Below, in pieces: positions 12,656-24,543 of a stretch of 64,000 nucleotides of DNA (its first letter is position 1; each line of letters starts with the position of its first letter). Source of the stretch: Octopus vulgaris (lineage: Eukaryota); contig OX597833.1 of assembly GCA_951406725.2 (NCBI GenBank), positions 43,896,001 to 43,960,000 of the forward strand, read 5' to 3'. The notes under the pieces are model-generated. The model searched no databases. It saw only the letters and a program-made list of their open reading frames with translations, and had not been told where the DNA came from. The position numbers were made by a program, and so were the translations under genes.

Positions 12656-14479
12656 GACGGGCTTCTCTCAGTTTCTTATTTCTTTATTGCCCACAAGGGG
12701 CTAAACATAGAGGGGACTGACAAAGGGATTAAGTCGATTACAATGACCCCAGTGTGTAACTGGTACTAAATCTATCGACCTCGAAAAGGATGAAAGGCAA
12801 AGTCAACCTTGACGGAATTTGAACTCAGAACGTGACAGATGACAAAATACCACTAAGCATTTCGCCCGGTGTGCTGTTTCTGCCAGCTCACCGCCTTCTC
12901 TCAGTTTCTCTCTACCAAATCCACTCACAAGGCTTTGATCAGCCCTAGGTTATAGAAGACACTTGCCCAAGGTACCAAGCAGTGAAACTGGATCCCAAAC
13001 GTTGTGGTTGGGGAGCAAGCTTCTCACCACACATCCATGCCTGCGTCTGTACATATATGACTCCACTGTCTTATGTCTCCTGTTTTTAATAGGTTGGGTG
13101 GGATTTAAGGAAGATCTGGTTGCTTATTGTTGTCAGTCATATGACTATATAAAGGTTTCTTCATTGTTGTTGTTCTTACTGTTGTTGCTTTACTCACCTG
13201 AACATGCAGCCTTGTATTTGTGCTTGAAGAATCGTTTTTGAAATTCTATCCTGCAACATTCTATAGTACTCTATAGTACTCTAGCTGTGACCTCTCAATG
13301 CAGAGAAGTATAGATTCTCTAATGTTTGAGCTATGCACACTGTAGAGTAATATTACTCCAGAAATCTTCTGGAAGAACACCATTTTGGCCAATTGCATTG
13401 GTGATTGTACTCCTTCAGTAATTGCACAATATTTCGGTGGCACGTAAAAAGCACCATCCGATCGTGACCGTTTGCCAGCCTTGTCTGGCACGTAAAAAGC
13501 ACCCACTACACTCACGGAGTGGTTGACGTTAGGAAGGGCATCCAGCTGTAGAAACATTGCCAGATCAGACTGAGCCTGGTGCAGCCTTCTGGCTTCCCAG
13601 ACCCCAGTTGAATGGTCCAACCCATGCTAGCATGGAAAGCGGACGCTAAACGATGATGATGATGATAGGTGAGGATAGGCACAAAAAATTGAATTGAAAA
13701 CTAGTTTGGCATTTTTTTCACTGGCCTTTTGTTTCATACCGATTTAAGGCTGTAGTTGGTGTATTACTGTGCCAGAACCTGCAATTCTAGAATTCAATTC
13801 AGCATTCTGCTTGCCATCATCCATGAATACTGCCCCAGGATACAAATCTGTATGAAAAATGTAGTCAGGGAGATGATTTCAGAGATGATAGTTCTTAGTA
13901 GGACATGCTTGGTACAGAGTCTGTGACTCTATACTGAAGAATTTGAAGGTGATATAAGTGAGAGGTAAACCTGTTAATTAGATTATGGGTATCTGTAGAT
14001 AAGAAATTTCATTGAAACTTTGTGACTCTGGGTTCAGTACCCAGGGTAAGAATTTTCTATTGTAGTCTCTAATCCATCTATGTTTTGGGAGTTAAACTGG
14101 CCAGAAAGTACACAGGCTCATCAGATGGGTTGTATCTGCTGTAGGTTAATAAGCTTCATCAGACATCTAGTTTAATGTCATCCACCCGGCCAGTAACTAT
14201 CTCTAGCAATATCCACTCTGTTGTAAACATTTGTATTGTGCTTCTAATCTGAAGATAAATAATTTGTTAACTTAAAGGGCTGTTTTCTAAGTACAGTAAT
14301 TCATTGCGTGTGGTTTCTTCCTCCTTTTTTCCCCAACCAAATTCAGAAGACCTACAACATGTCTATGAGTGCTACCCTTTTCATTATGCCACCCACCCCC
14401 ACCAAACATACACACAGTGAATGAACTGAAGAGCGTTAACTTTCCATTTTATTTAGTTATATATTTTTTTCTTTTACAG

Positions 14480-14591
14480 AATAATGGTTTTAGACCATGG
14501 AAGAATTGCAGAATTTGATAAACCAGAGGACCTTTTAAAAGACAATAAATCTATATTTTATCAAATGGCTAAGAATGCAGGATGCATTTGA
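14480..14591 (+). CDS. ABCC1: ABCC/MRP1-like terminal coding exon (RIMVLDHGRIAEFDKPEDLLKDNKSIFYQMAKNAGCI*)
   Basis: ttttacag acceptor; matches the MRP C-terminus FYxMAKxAG; TGA at 14589-14591. Confidence 0.95.
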
Positions 14592-14854
14592 AAAATAGGG
14601 GAATAATTAAATAAATTAATACACACTAACACATATCGAAGAACAAAAAGATAAAATTAATATTTCAATTAATTTATAGCCAGCTAAATTAATAAACAAA
14701 AAATGAATCATCAGCCATGAAGAGAAAAAAAAATTGTAATCAATTCTACAAAAAGAACAAAAAACTCTTTGTCTTCCTCAAAATGATTCAGAGTTCAAAT
14801 GCATTCCTTGAACATGCATATATGTATACATACATGCATACATTTATGTATGCA

Positions 14855-14903
<49 letters not shown>

Positions 14904-14954
14904 GCACACACCCATATATATATGCATATATATATATAAATACATACATACATG

Positions 14955-14986
<32 letters not shown>

Positions 14987-15090
14987 AATACATACATGCA
15001 TATATAAATATATTTATATATAAATATGTACATGCATACTCTTATATACACATACATACATATACATATATAGAAGTATATTTCTACATG

Positions 15091-15140
<50 letters not shown>

Positions 15141-15460
15141 CATACACACACACACACACATATATACACGTATATATATATATATTCATACATATAAGTA
15201 TATATATTCATACATATAAGTATATATATTCATACATATAAGTACATATATTCATACATATATATATATATACATACACATATATATATATATGATGATT
15301 ATTATATAATATATATACACACACATATATGCACATACATACATATATATATACACACACACACATATATGCATAAGCAGAAAAATTTATATTTTTCCAG
15401 TTTGAAAAAGTTGAATCTTTTGTTCAACTTTTAATTCACTGTTAACTTTTTATAAAAAGA

Positions 15461-15466
15461 AATAAA
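15461..15466 (+). terminator. Candidate polyadenylation signal of the ABCC gene
   Basis: AATAAA followed about 25-60 nt later by a GT/T-rich tract; an alternative AATAAA lies near 14691. Confidence 0.45.
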
Positions 15467-16206
15467 TATTTATAAATTAAACTGAGTTCTTTGTCAGGTG
15501 GTGTTTAATTTGGTTTTGATGTATTCTTATATATGTTAAAATGCTATGCATTATGACAGAATGAGGTGATTGGTTACAGCTATTTTGATGCTGGTGACTC
15601 CATGTTTTTACTAATCTTATTTTTGGCACAGACCAGTGGCAGCTCATGTATAGGAAATGCAGAAGTGCAGCACCCCCTATTTCTACATGATATTATAAAA
15701 AACATACAATATAATGAGTCTATTTTTTTCTTTAATTTTCTTTTTATACTTGTACATTATATAATCCTTAAGCTTAATGTCAGTAGCCATCCCCTAGTTT
15801 ATGAAAATAATACAAAAACTGCATTTCACAGTTCCAGCGATGCAGTGTTTGGCTGTTGTGTGCATGCTCACATGTCTGTGATAGGAAGCTTCATGCTAGG
15901 GAGAGAGAGCACTGTCATTCATGTAGTGCCTGTGAAATGTAGTGTTTCTTTTTGTCTCTGCATGTGTTGTGCTTGAAAACATGTTTATATTCTTCAATGT
16001 GATAAAGTGTAGAATTAGATTATTATCCTGTTTCTAGCTTCAGTGTTGCTGCCAGGATTTGAAAATAGGGCACCCCCTGCCATTTTGTGATTTAGTGGGG
16101 ATTTTCAAAACACAAGGGAAAATTTGTAGCAGTTTTCAGTGAACAAATTAAACACACTATGTGGCAGTGGCTAAAACAGGAACTGAACTGCTCAAGTATA
16201 TGTATA

Positions 16207-16573
16207 AATTATGACCCAAGTATCGATCTATTGCAATTCAGTCTATTTTAGATTTAGGGTTAGTTAGGGTTAGGGGTGGGGGAAGGGTATCTTTTTTTCT
16301 TCACAAATGTAAATAAACCCAATCTGTTTCTTAAAGGAGGGACATATTCATACGGCACAGAATGCTTTCACCTCAATAGACGGTCATTGATTGGTTAATA
16401 TTGCCGAAATGCAAGAAATTAAAGATAAAATATCTTACAAACCATAGAATTTTCTCAAGATGGCCAAGAGAAAATGATGTTTTATAAACACCTTCTACCA
16501 GTATACGAAGTTTAAAAGTGTTTAGTTACGTGGAAATTATTTTAAAACACTGCCGTTCAAACTGAAAAGATCC
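16207..16573 (+). mobile_element. TTAGGG-containing MITE, 5'-truncated copy
   Basis: Aligns to 17011-17443; right TIR present. Confidence 0.8.
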
Positions 16574-16723
16574 GGTCGCGGTCTCAAAGCGACGAAAATA
16601 TTTTGACAAATTAAATTTAAATCAAAATGTTTATTGGTAAAGAAGCAGAGACATCAATAAATGCAATTTGGGAAAATAAAAATAAAATTGCAGAAACTGA
16701 TAATTTTAATAAACCTGTAAAAG

Positions 16724-16783
<60 letters not shown>

Positions 16784-17010
16784 ATACACACACTCGTACC
16801 AACATACATAAAATACTCTCCACCATTGTGATTTCCCGGATTTTCGGAAGGATACTGGCGTTTATTTTATACCCTTAATTCAACTAGCCTCTTTGATTGC
16901 TGTACACCAGGCGGAAAGCTTACAGAGGGTTCTGTTTTGATTCTTTAAATCCCTGTTGTTTGTTTATATATAATTCAGTTAGGTAGAACCAAACAAGCTA
17001 AAGGTATCAG

Positions 17011-17443
17011 GGATCTTTTCGGTTTGAACGGCAGTTTTTTCTAGCGGTGTCATATGAAATTGTCACCCATAATTATGACCCTAGTATCGATCTCTTGCAT
17101 TTCAATCTGTTTTGGGGTTAGGGTTAGTTAGGGTTAGGGGTGGGGGGAAGGGTATCTTTTTTTTCTTCACAAATGTAAATAAACCCAATCTGTTTCTTAA
17201 ATGAAGGACATATTCATACGGCACAGAATGTTTTTTTTTACCTCAATAGACGTCAGTGATTGGTTGAAATTGCAGAAATTGAAGAAAAAAAAAAACCCAA
17301 ATATCTTACAAACTATAGAATTTTCTCAATAAAGCCAAGAGAAAAAGATATTTTATAAACACATTCTACCAGTAGACGAAGTTTAAAATTCTTTAGTTAC
17401 CTAGAAGTTATGTTGAAAACTGCCGTTCAAACCGAAAAGATCC
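17011..17443 (+). mobile_element. TTAGGG-containing MITE, full copy, ~25-bp TIRs, 8-bp TSD
   Basis: TIR GGATCTTTTCGGTTTGAACGGCAGT at both ends; flanks GGTATCAG / GGTATCAA. Confidence 0.9.
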
Positions 17444-18013
17444 GGTATCAATTTCTAATAATATGTTGACATCTAGCTATTTGACAACAATAAGCAATTT
17501 AGCGGAGAGAACATTTATCTTCCGTTTGACTCGATACAAATCTTATAATAATTCTTACTGCCATGTTAATAGTAAGAAACAAGGGAGATCACTCTCACGC
17601 TACCTGGTTAAAGTAATAATTGAGAAGTATGAATCGCGCCTCTCTAGTTTTTTTCTCTGAGATCTTCCTTCATATCGTGTGAAATTGTTTTCTGTGATAC
17701 ATTTCATAACTATTTCGCAGGAATAGAATTTTATTTTTTAAATTACGTGCCTATTCTGGTTCAGGCTTTCTACTTTAATTTTAATTGCGTGGTTTCGGCG
17801 TTTTGCTATACACTACTAATTTAATAGCTGAGACATATATCAAAAGGTTTATGGTTTCGTAGGTTAATTTCACAACTCAAAACTAATGTTTCCCAACCTA
17901 TTTTCCCACTAGGGCCCACTATAACTTTCCAGAAAAATATATGCCCCATCAGCCGTTGGAAGCAAAGCAAATTTATTTTTACAATTTTATCAATTGTTTA
18001 ATACAAAAGAATC

Positions 18014-18440
18014 GGATCTTTTCGGTTTGAACAGCAGTTTTTAATATAATTTCTAGGTAAGTAAAAATTTTTAAACTTCGTATACTGGTAGAATGTGTTT
18101 ATAAAACATCTTTTTCTCTTGGCTTTATTGAGAAAATTCTATAGTTTGTAAGATATTTGTAAGATTTTTTCTTCAATTTCTGCAATTTCAACCAATCAAT
18201 GACGTCTATTGAGTTAAAAAGCATTCTGTGCCGTATGAATATGTCCCTCGTTTAAGAAACAGATTGGGTTTATTTACATTTGTGAAGAAAAAAAGATACC
18301 CTTCCCCCACCCCTAACCCTAACTAACCCTAAATCTAAAATAGATTGAATTGCAATAGATCGATTATAGGGTCATAATTATGGGTGACAATTTCATATGA
18401 CACCGCTAGAAAAAAACTGCCGTTCAAACTGAAAAGATCC
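18014..18440 (-). mobile_element. TTAGGG-containing MITE, full copy, nested in a hAT-like MITE (~17884-18597)
   Basis: Perfect TSD AAAGAATC on both sides; host element ends TAATGTTTCCCAAC...GTTGGGAATCACTG. Confidence 0.9.
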
Positions 18441-18868
18441 AAAGAATCTACCGGTAATTTGTTTTTTATTAAGTACTGAGTACGGAAAATAAATGACATT
18501 ATTGACTAAGAAAAGAAACCTTTTGCCTGGCGGCTACGGCATTACACTTTTCCCAGGCCCCACCGGTGGTGTGTATCCCCCACGTTGGGAATCACTGCCC
18601 TAGACTGAGTGGTCTTCGGATATTTGCTTGCTATTTCGTTTATTGCCACTATTTCGAATTGTCAAATTAATGTCTTTTTTTTTATATATTTTAGTTTCAA
18701 ATTTTAACATATACGAATTTTATTTCATATATGACGCGTATGTATATGATACATGCATAGTACAAAAGAAACGATAAAGGAAAAAAAGCCGATAAAGGAA
18801 GAAAGAAATGAAAGAAAGAAACATCAATGTAGCACAAAAATGCTTCAATTGGTCGCACACCACAAGAT

Positions 18869-19725
18869 TCAACGGAATCTTCTGAAGCAAGCCAGCACGT
18901 TCGCGATATTACCACGTGCTATGGCATTGGAGAAGCCAAACATCCACTTGGTCATCACCTGACACCTCGGTGAGGCGAGCAGCCAACGACGACAACAACT
19001 TCGTCGTTTGTGGCCCAGCCCCTCCAAACGTCTCAAGCGCCACAGGTTCACTGCCAGGTCCCCATACTTCAGGGTTTTGTTCCGTTCGGCTACGGAAGCA
19101 GTGACCTTCCCATTTACCGCAGCATCCATGATGTGGGAGGGAACAAAAAAGTCACAGACCGTGGCGTCCCAGATGAGGCACCTATCTCTTACCCAGAGGG
19201 TGAGACCATCTTGTCTCTTCCAATCACTCTAGAATCGAGGGCCCGCTTTAAGTTTATGACGAGCGAAGCGACCACAGTTTAGGCAGCAAGACAAACCGTG
19301 AAGACTTAGGGATCGAGGAGCCTACCACAGCGATATCTCAGTCCCTTACAAACGTCAACTGCCACTCTGAGTGCGATGGCGATGCGAGCTCAATAAGACT
19401 GAGTAGACCTCCAATGTTGGCTGCAAGCAAGGCCTCATTCCAGTTCACCAAGAATTTTACACTATCAGAAAGTAGGCCACACCTTGAAAATTGATCAGAT
19501 TGATCGGGAAGAGAGTTGAAAGAGGTACCTGAACGCATATTGTCCCATACTTTCTGCTTCCGTCTATCTTCAACTGTTACAGGAACGGACAAATCCAGCT
19601 CTCTCAACCGTTGCAGAGCTTCATCCATCTCCCTGTTGGAATTAGTCCATAATAGAGGGAAGATGTTTCCTACTGAAGGGGAGCAAGTATGGGTGGAAGA
19701 AAGAAAACCGACGGTATCAGGGCGT
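18869..19725 (-). mobile_element. Degenerate 3' part of a CRE-clade non-LTR retrotransposon (restriction-like endonuclease)
   Basis: Across frameshifts: QKVWDN...RIAIALRV...RCGRLLD..LHGLSC..GRFARH...KRQDGLTL..CLIWDATVCD...AERNKTLKYGDL..PVALETFGGAG...AIARGNIANVL (CCHC knuckle plus PD..D/K endonuclease pattern). Confidence 0.8.
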
Positions 19726-20500
19726 GTATAAGTCTTGAAAAAATTACAAAAATCGATTCCAGGTGAGAATGCGATCGATAAAGCCGTGGGAATGTGCATT
19801 TGTACGCGCAAGTACATCAGCTGTTGCGATCGATCCTACGCGTACACGAGAAAAATGCACGTGCAGTTTGCGCAAAAAAAGCCGACTGGCTTGAAATAAT
19901 GCCACAAAATGCAGTATATTTAAGAGACCAAAAAAGTAAGATGCAAAAGAGATATTTTCTTCAAACTTGGCATGAAGGTAGGAAAGACTATTTGGTTTCT
20001 CAAGAAGTTTTTTTTTGCCTTAACTTCGTTTAACAAAGCCAAAAATTTTATTGAAATAAAGGCATGCTTAATTATTTTTTAATGTAAAGAAAACACTGAT
20101 TGCTTTTTATTCAGCAGATATGATTCAGCACCGTCTATTGGACGGGGCGGCGGCGTTTTGCTCGTGTGTATATATATATATATATGTACTCGACTGCTGG
20201 CATTTAGCAATTGTTTGTCTCATTGGTTCTACCATTAGTAAAACTGTCGGCGTCTTTAACGGCATAGGTATGCTAGGATTTATTGCATTATTTTTTGTTT
20301 CTTTTCCTACTTTTGCTTGTTTCAGTCATTAGACTGCGACCATGCTGGGGCACCGCCTTGAAGAAGTTTAGTCGAACGAATAGACCCCAGTACTTTTAAA
20401 AATTCTATCAATCTATTTTACCGAACTGCTTCGTTACTGGGACGTAAAGATACCATCACCGGTTGTTAAGGGGTGGTGGGAGACAAACACAAATATGAAG

Positions 20501-20532
<32 letters not shown>

Positions 20533-21342
20533 ACGCACGCGCGCGCGCGCGCATGTGCGAGCTTCTTTCTGTTTCCGTCTACCAAATCTACTCACAAAGA
20601 TTTGGTCAGCTCCAGATTATTGGAGAAGACATTTGCCAAAGTGGGACTGAACCTAGAACCATATGTTTGAGAAACAAGCTTCTTACTACATCTATGTACA
20701 ATCATGCCTCTATGCACATGTGCATCTATGCACATGTGCATCTATGCACAATCATACCTGCCATTTTATTATATCAGATTAGGCTATGTCATATTTTTGT
20801 TTTGATCGAATCGGGATCAGATGTTCCCCCACCATTTTGTTTTGACAGTCAAACCTAAACGCAAACATACATACATACATACATACATGCATTTGCATAC
20901 ATACATATATACATACATACATATGCATACATACATACATATGCATACGTACATACACATATACTCACATGTATACTTATACGCCTATACACACACACAT
21001 ATTTATATGTGTATAAGTACATATACATACATACGCACACACATATATACATACATATATAAATACCTATACATATAAGTGAAGCATGCCACGTCATCAA
21101 TCAAATTATTTCGTTTTACGACGAATGACACACAAGTGAAAAAGGGTCTCAAAACACAATGATTAAAGACAACCAAAACGGCAATTTTTTTTTTTACGTT
21201 TAAAGCTTCACGTATCGTAGTGAACTATAAAATAACAATCTACACATCGTTTTAGACAATTTTGAAAGGGTTCACCCTTTTTTTTTTTAATAATTACGAA
21301 AATGATGTTTTCATAGAAGTAGTTTTTAATGACAACATAACA

Positions 21343-21807
21343 ATGACTGCTAAAGGTAAAAAACTTTCTTTGAAACAAAAGGAAAAAACTAATGAACCAA
21401 TCGAGAAACAGGTGATTCATGAAAATGCATATATTTTTCCTAATGGAGATAGATATGAAGGCCAATACGCGTATGGCCCAGATGGAAATGTACAGAGATG
21501 TGGCTTTGGAAAACATATTTCAGCTGATGGTACAGTTTATGAGGGCATGTGGAAAGATGATGCAATGAATGGTACCGGACTACTTACACATTCTTCAGGA
21601 GATGTCTATGAAGGAGAGTTTGTCAATAATCAATTCCATGGAGAAGGGACATATACATGGGCAAATGAGTCCTATGTTAAAGGAAATTTTGTGAGAAATA
21701 AAATGGAAGGCAAAGGAGAATTTTGTGATACGATGAAGCAAATATGGGATGGAGATTTTCACAAACAAACAGCTACAGGTTTACAGTTCAGACTAAACAC
21801 GAATTAG
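21343..21807 (+). CDS. MORN2: MORN repeat-containing protein 2-like, single coding exon, 154 aa
   Basis: ATG at 21343; MORN repeats (FPNGDRYEGQY, YEGMWKDDAMNGTG, YEGEFVNNQFHGEGTYTW); C-terminus WDGDFHKQTATGLQFRLN resembles MORN2 WSGNFHFTAAPDLKLKL; AATAAA at 21821 and 22041. Confidence 0.9.
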   Translation: MTAKGKKLSLKQKEKTNEPIEKQVIHENAYIFPNGDRYEGQYAYGPDGNVQRCGFGKHISADGTVYEGMWKDDAMNGTGLLTHSSGDVYEGEFVNNQFHGEGTYTWANESYVKGNFVRNKMEGKGEFCDTMKQIWDGDFHKQTATGLQFRLNTN

Positions 21808-22272
21808 GAAAGTCCAAGCAAATAAATGCTAGAAACGTAAACATTAAGAAACAATTATTTAATAATTCTATGCTTACATTTTAATTGTTAGTTAAGCTAT
21901 GAAATTTATTGAGCATTTGAAATTTGTTGAACATGTTTTAGCATTTATGAAACGTTTTCTAGTGCATTTTCTGATTTTCACTTCTCTTTTATTTTTACCA
22001 TTGAAAAGCAGAAAGAAAGATTTTGAAGCTGGTATGTTTAAATAAATTTTTTAAAATATGAAAACAGCTTAAAATTCGCTTTAAAACTCAGTTGCCTGTT
22101 CAACCCCAACACCAATTTTCTGATATATGTGTGTGTGAGTGTGCGTGTGCGTGCGCGCGCGTTTGTTTGTTTGCGTGTATGTGTGTTTGTATGTATTTAT
22201 GTATCATGGAGATAGCTGGATAGATAGTTATATAAGTGAAATGTGCAAAACCCAGTTAACCAAATAGAACTT

Positions 22273-22335
<63 letters not shown>

Positions 22336-22744
22336 TATAGGATCTAAAGATCGAGGTGCTGGAAGAACGTTAGCTACAAGCAATCCGTAGTAAATATTTA
22401 AAAAAAAACAACTTTTAAGGACAATAGTGGTTTATTGAGACGGAAGGTTGAGGATTGTTTTCGTATCAAAGTACGATAAACTGAAAAAAGTTCTTTTTAT
22501 ATTTCCCGGTAGGCGACCAGGGTTACCAGGTATGCAAATAGGAATACAAGAGTTAAGGAATGGAGTACATAAGATCCGGGCTACATGTGTTGCATGCGAG
22601 CAGAACCTCGGAAGAGGTAAATATCCAAGCGAGTTTTATTGTAGGCTACTCTTCAGCCCAAGGATATCTTTGCCCGCAGAGTAGCCTGCGCTTTACGCCT
22701 CGCTTGGATATTTATCAGTTTCGAGGTTACGCTCGTTATCTAAC

Positions 22745-23152
22745 ATATAATAATAATAATAATGAAATTATTGTATACAGTGCTCAGGTGCACCACAACT
22801 TGTCAGAAAGTGCATATAAAGTACATGCAGTAATGTAGAAATGTCTGGAAAGTGAACAGTGTATGAGTCAGATACATGCTTGTGTGTGTATGGAGGGGAG
22901 AAAATCAAGGGTAGTGTTGGCGAATCTCAGGAAGCATGGAAGTTTTGAAGGATGCAGTGCTCCGACAACTAACAACCGATGCCGGCAGTTTGTTCCATGC
23001 TCCAGCAACTCTCAGCGTGAAAAAATGTTTCCTGAAGTCATGGGAGCTGTGCTGTTTTCTTAATTTGTAAATATGTCCACGGGTGTTAGATGGGTGGAGT
23101 TTGAAGAGGTGCTCAGAGTTATTGTTTGTGCGATGGTTGATAATTTTATGGG
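22745..23152 (-). mobile_element. CR1/Jockey-group LINE 3' fragment with (ATT)n tail
   Basis: NTRGHIYKLRKQHSSHDFRKHFFTLRVAGAWNKLPASVV. Confidence 0.75.
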
Positions 23153-23367
23153 TAGCCCGGATCTTAAATAATACTCTATTACATAACTCATATATATATA
23201 CATAATGATATATGATATGTACCGATATAGTAATAATAATAATAGTAATAATAACAATAATAGTAATAATAATAGTAATAATAATAATGATAATAATAAT
23301 AATAGTAATAATAATAATAATAATAATAGTAATAATAATAATGATAATAATAATAATAGTAATAATA

Positions 23368-23925
23368 AATGCCCTGATGCAGTACCAGGCAGTGGCTCTC
23401 ATGGCTTCTGATCTTAACTGATTGGAAGTGTTATCATGTACATTGTTTTGTCTTGGTATAAAAGATGGGCTACAGCAAATATTCTGCTCAATACCACAGA
23501 TTTGCTTGTCAGTTGTTTGACCGTAACCAGTTGAACATGTCCCTTAGTGGCTGATGATATGTGCATCTCTGATCACAAGCAGAAGTAGTGGGGGAGCATC
23601 ATAGCCATGTGTTGAGAGGGATTCTTTGGGGTTTGAATAATTCACCTCTGGAAACATGGGTGGTTCTTTCAACATCCTTAAACAACCCTTACTCAGGGAC
23701 CTTTTGAGCAGGATGGGTTACTCGACCTGAAGAAAATTCTAACTGGGCCCCACCTGCAAGGTCATGCGCTGTTTATCTTGATATGAGATCACCATGTCGC
23801 GCACATATGGTTGTGATGCATGTGCCTAGTGTACCCTTATCAGACGGGTAGTCATGATGGGTATATTGGGCTTCGTATATTTTACCCCAGTGTCACTTTG
23901 ATGGCATGAACTGCTCTCTCACTCA

Positions 23926-23956
<31 letters not shown>

Positions 23957-24505
23957 TAGTAATAATATCCAGACAGTGGCTTTCATGGCTTCTGATCTTA
24001 ACTGATTGGAAGTGTTATCATGTACATTGTTTCGTCTTGGTATAAAAGATGGGCTACAGCAAATATTCTGCTCAATACCACAGATTTGCTTGTCAGTTGT
24101 TTGACCTTAACCAGTTGACCATGTCCCTTAGTGGCTGACGATATGTGCATCTCTGATCGCCAGCAGAGGTAGTGGGGGAGCATCATAGCCGTTTGTTGAA
24201 AGGAATTCTTAGAGGTTGGGATAATTCACCTTTGGAGACATGGGTGTTTCGTTCAGCATCCTTAAACAAGCCTTATTCAGGGGACCTTTTAGCTGAATGG
24301 GCTACTCAACCAGAAGAAAATTCTAACTGGGCCCCACCTGCAAGGTCATATGCTGCTTATCTTGATATGAGATCACCATGTTGTCCACATATGGTTGTGA
24401 TGCATGTGCCTAGTGTACCCTTATCAGACGGGTAGTCATGATGGGTATACTGGGCTTCGTATATTTTAACCAGTGTCATTTTGATGGCATGCACTGCTCT
24501 CTCAA
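23368..24505. mobile_element. Two tandem ~550-bp non-coding elements embedded in (AAT)n
   Basis: 23368-23924 and 23968-24505 align along their length, each bounded by (AAT)n; a fragment also lies at ~9610-9770. Confidence 0.8.
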
Positions 24506-24510
24506 CCAAC

Positions 24511-24543
<33 letters not shown>

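Noticed and set aside
17110-17155. TTAGGG repeats as a telomere or fusion site
   Set aside because: Only 2-4 units, always at the same place inside the MITE.
19338-19817. 159-aa ORF as a novel host gene
   Set aside because: Explained as a frameshifted piece of the CRE retrotransposon.
21262-21342. N-terminal extension of MORN2 from the TTG start in the ORF track
   Set aside because: Non-ATG start in a eukaryote with a T-rich, intron/UTR-like sequence; ATG 21343 preferred.
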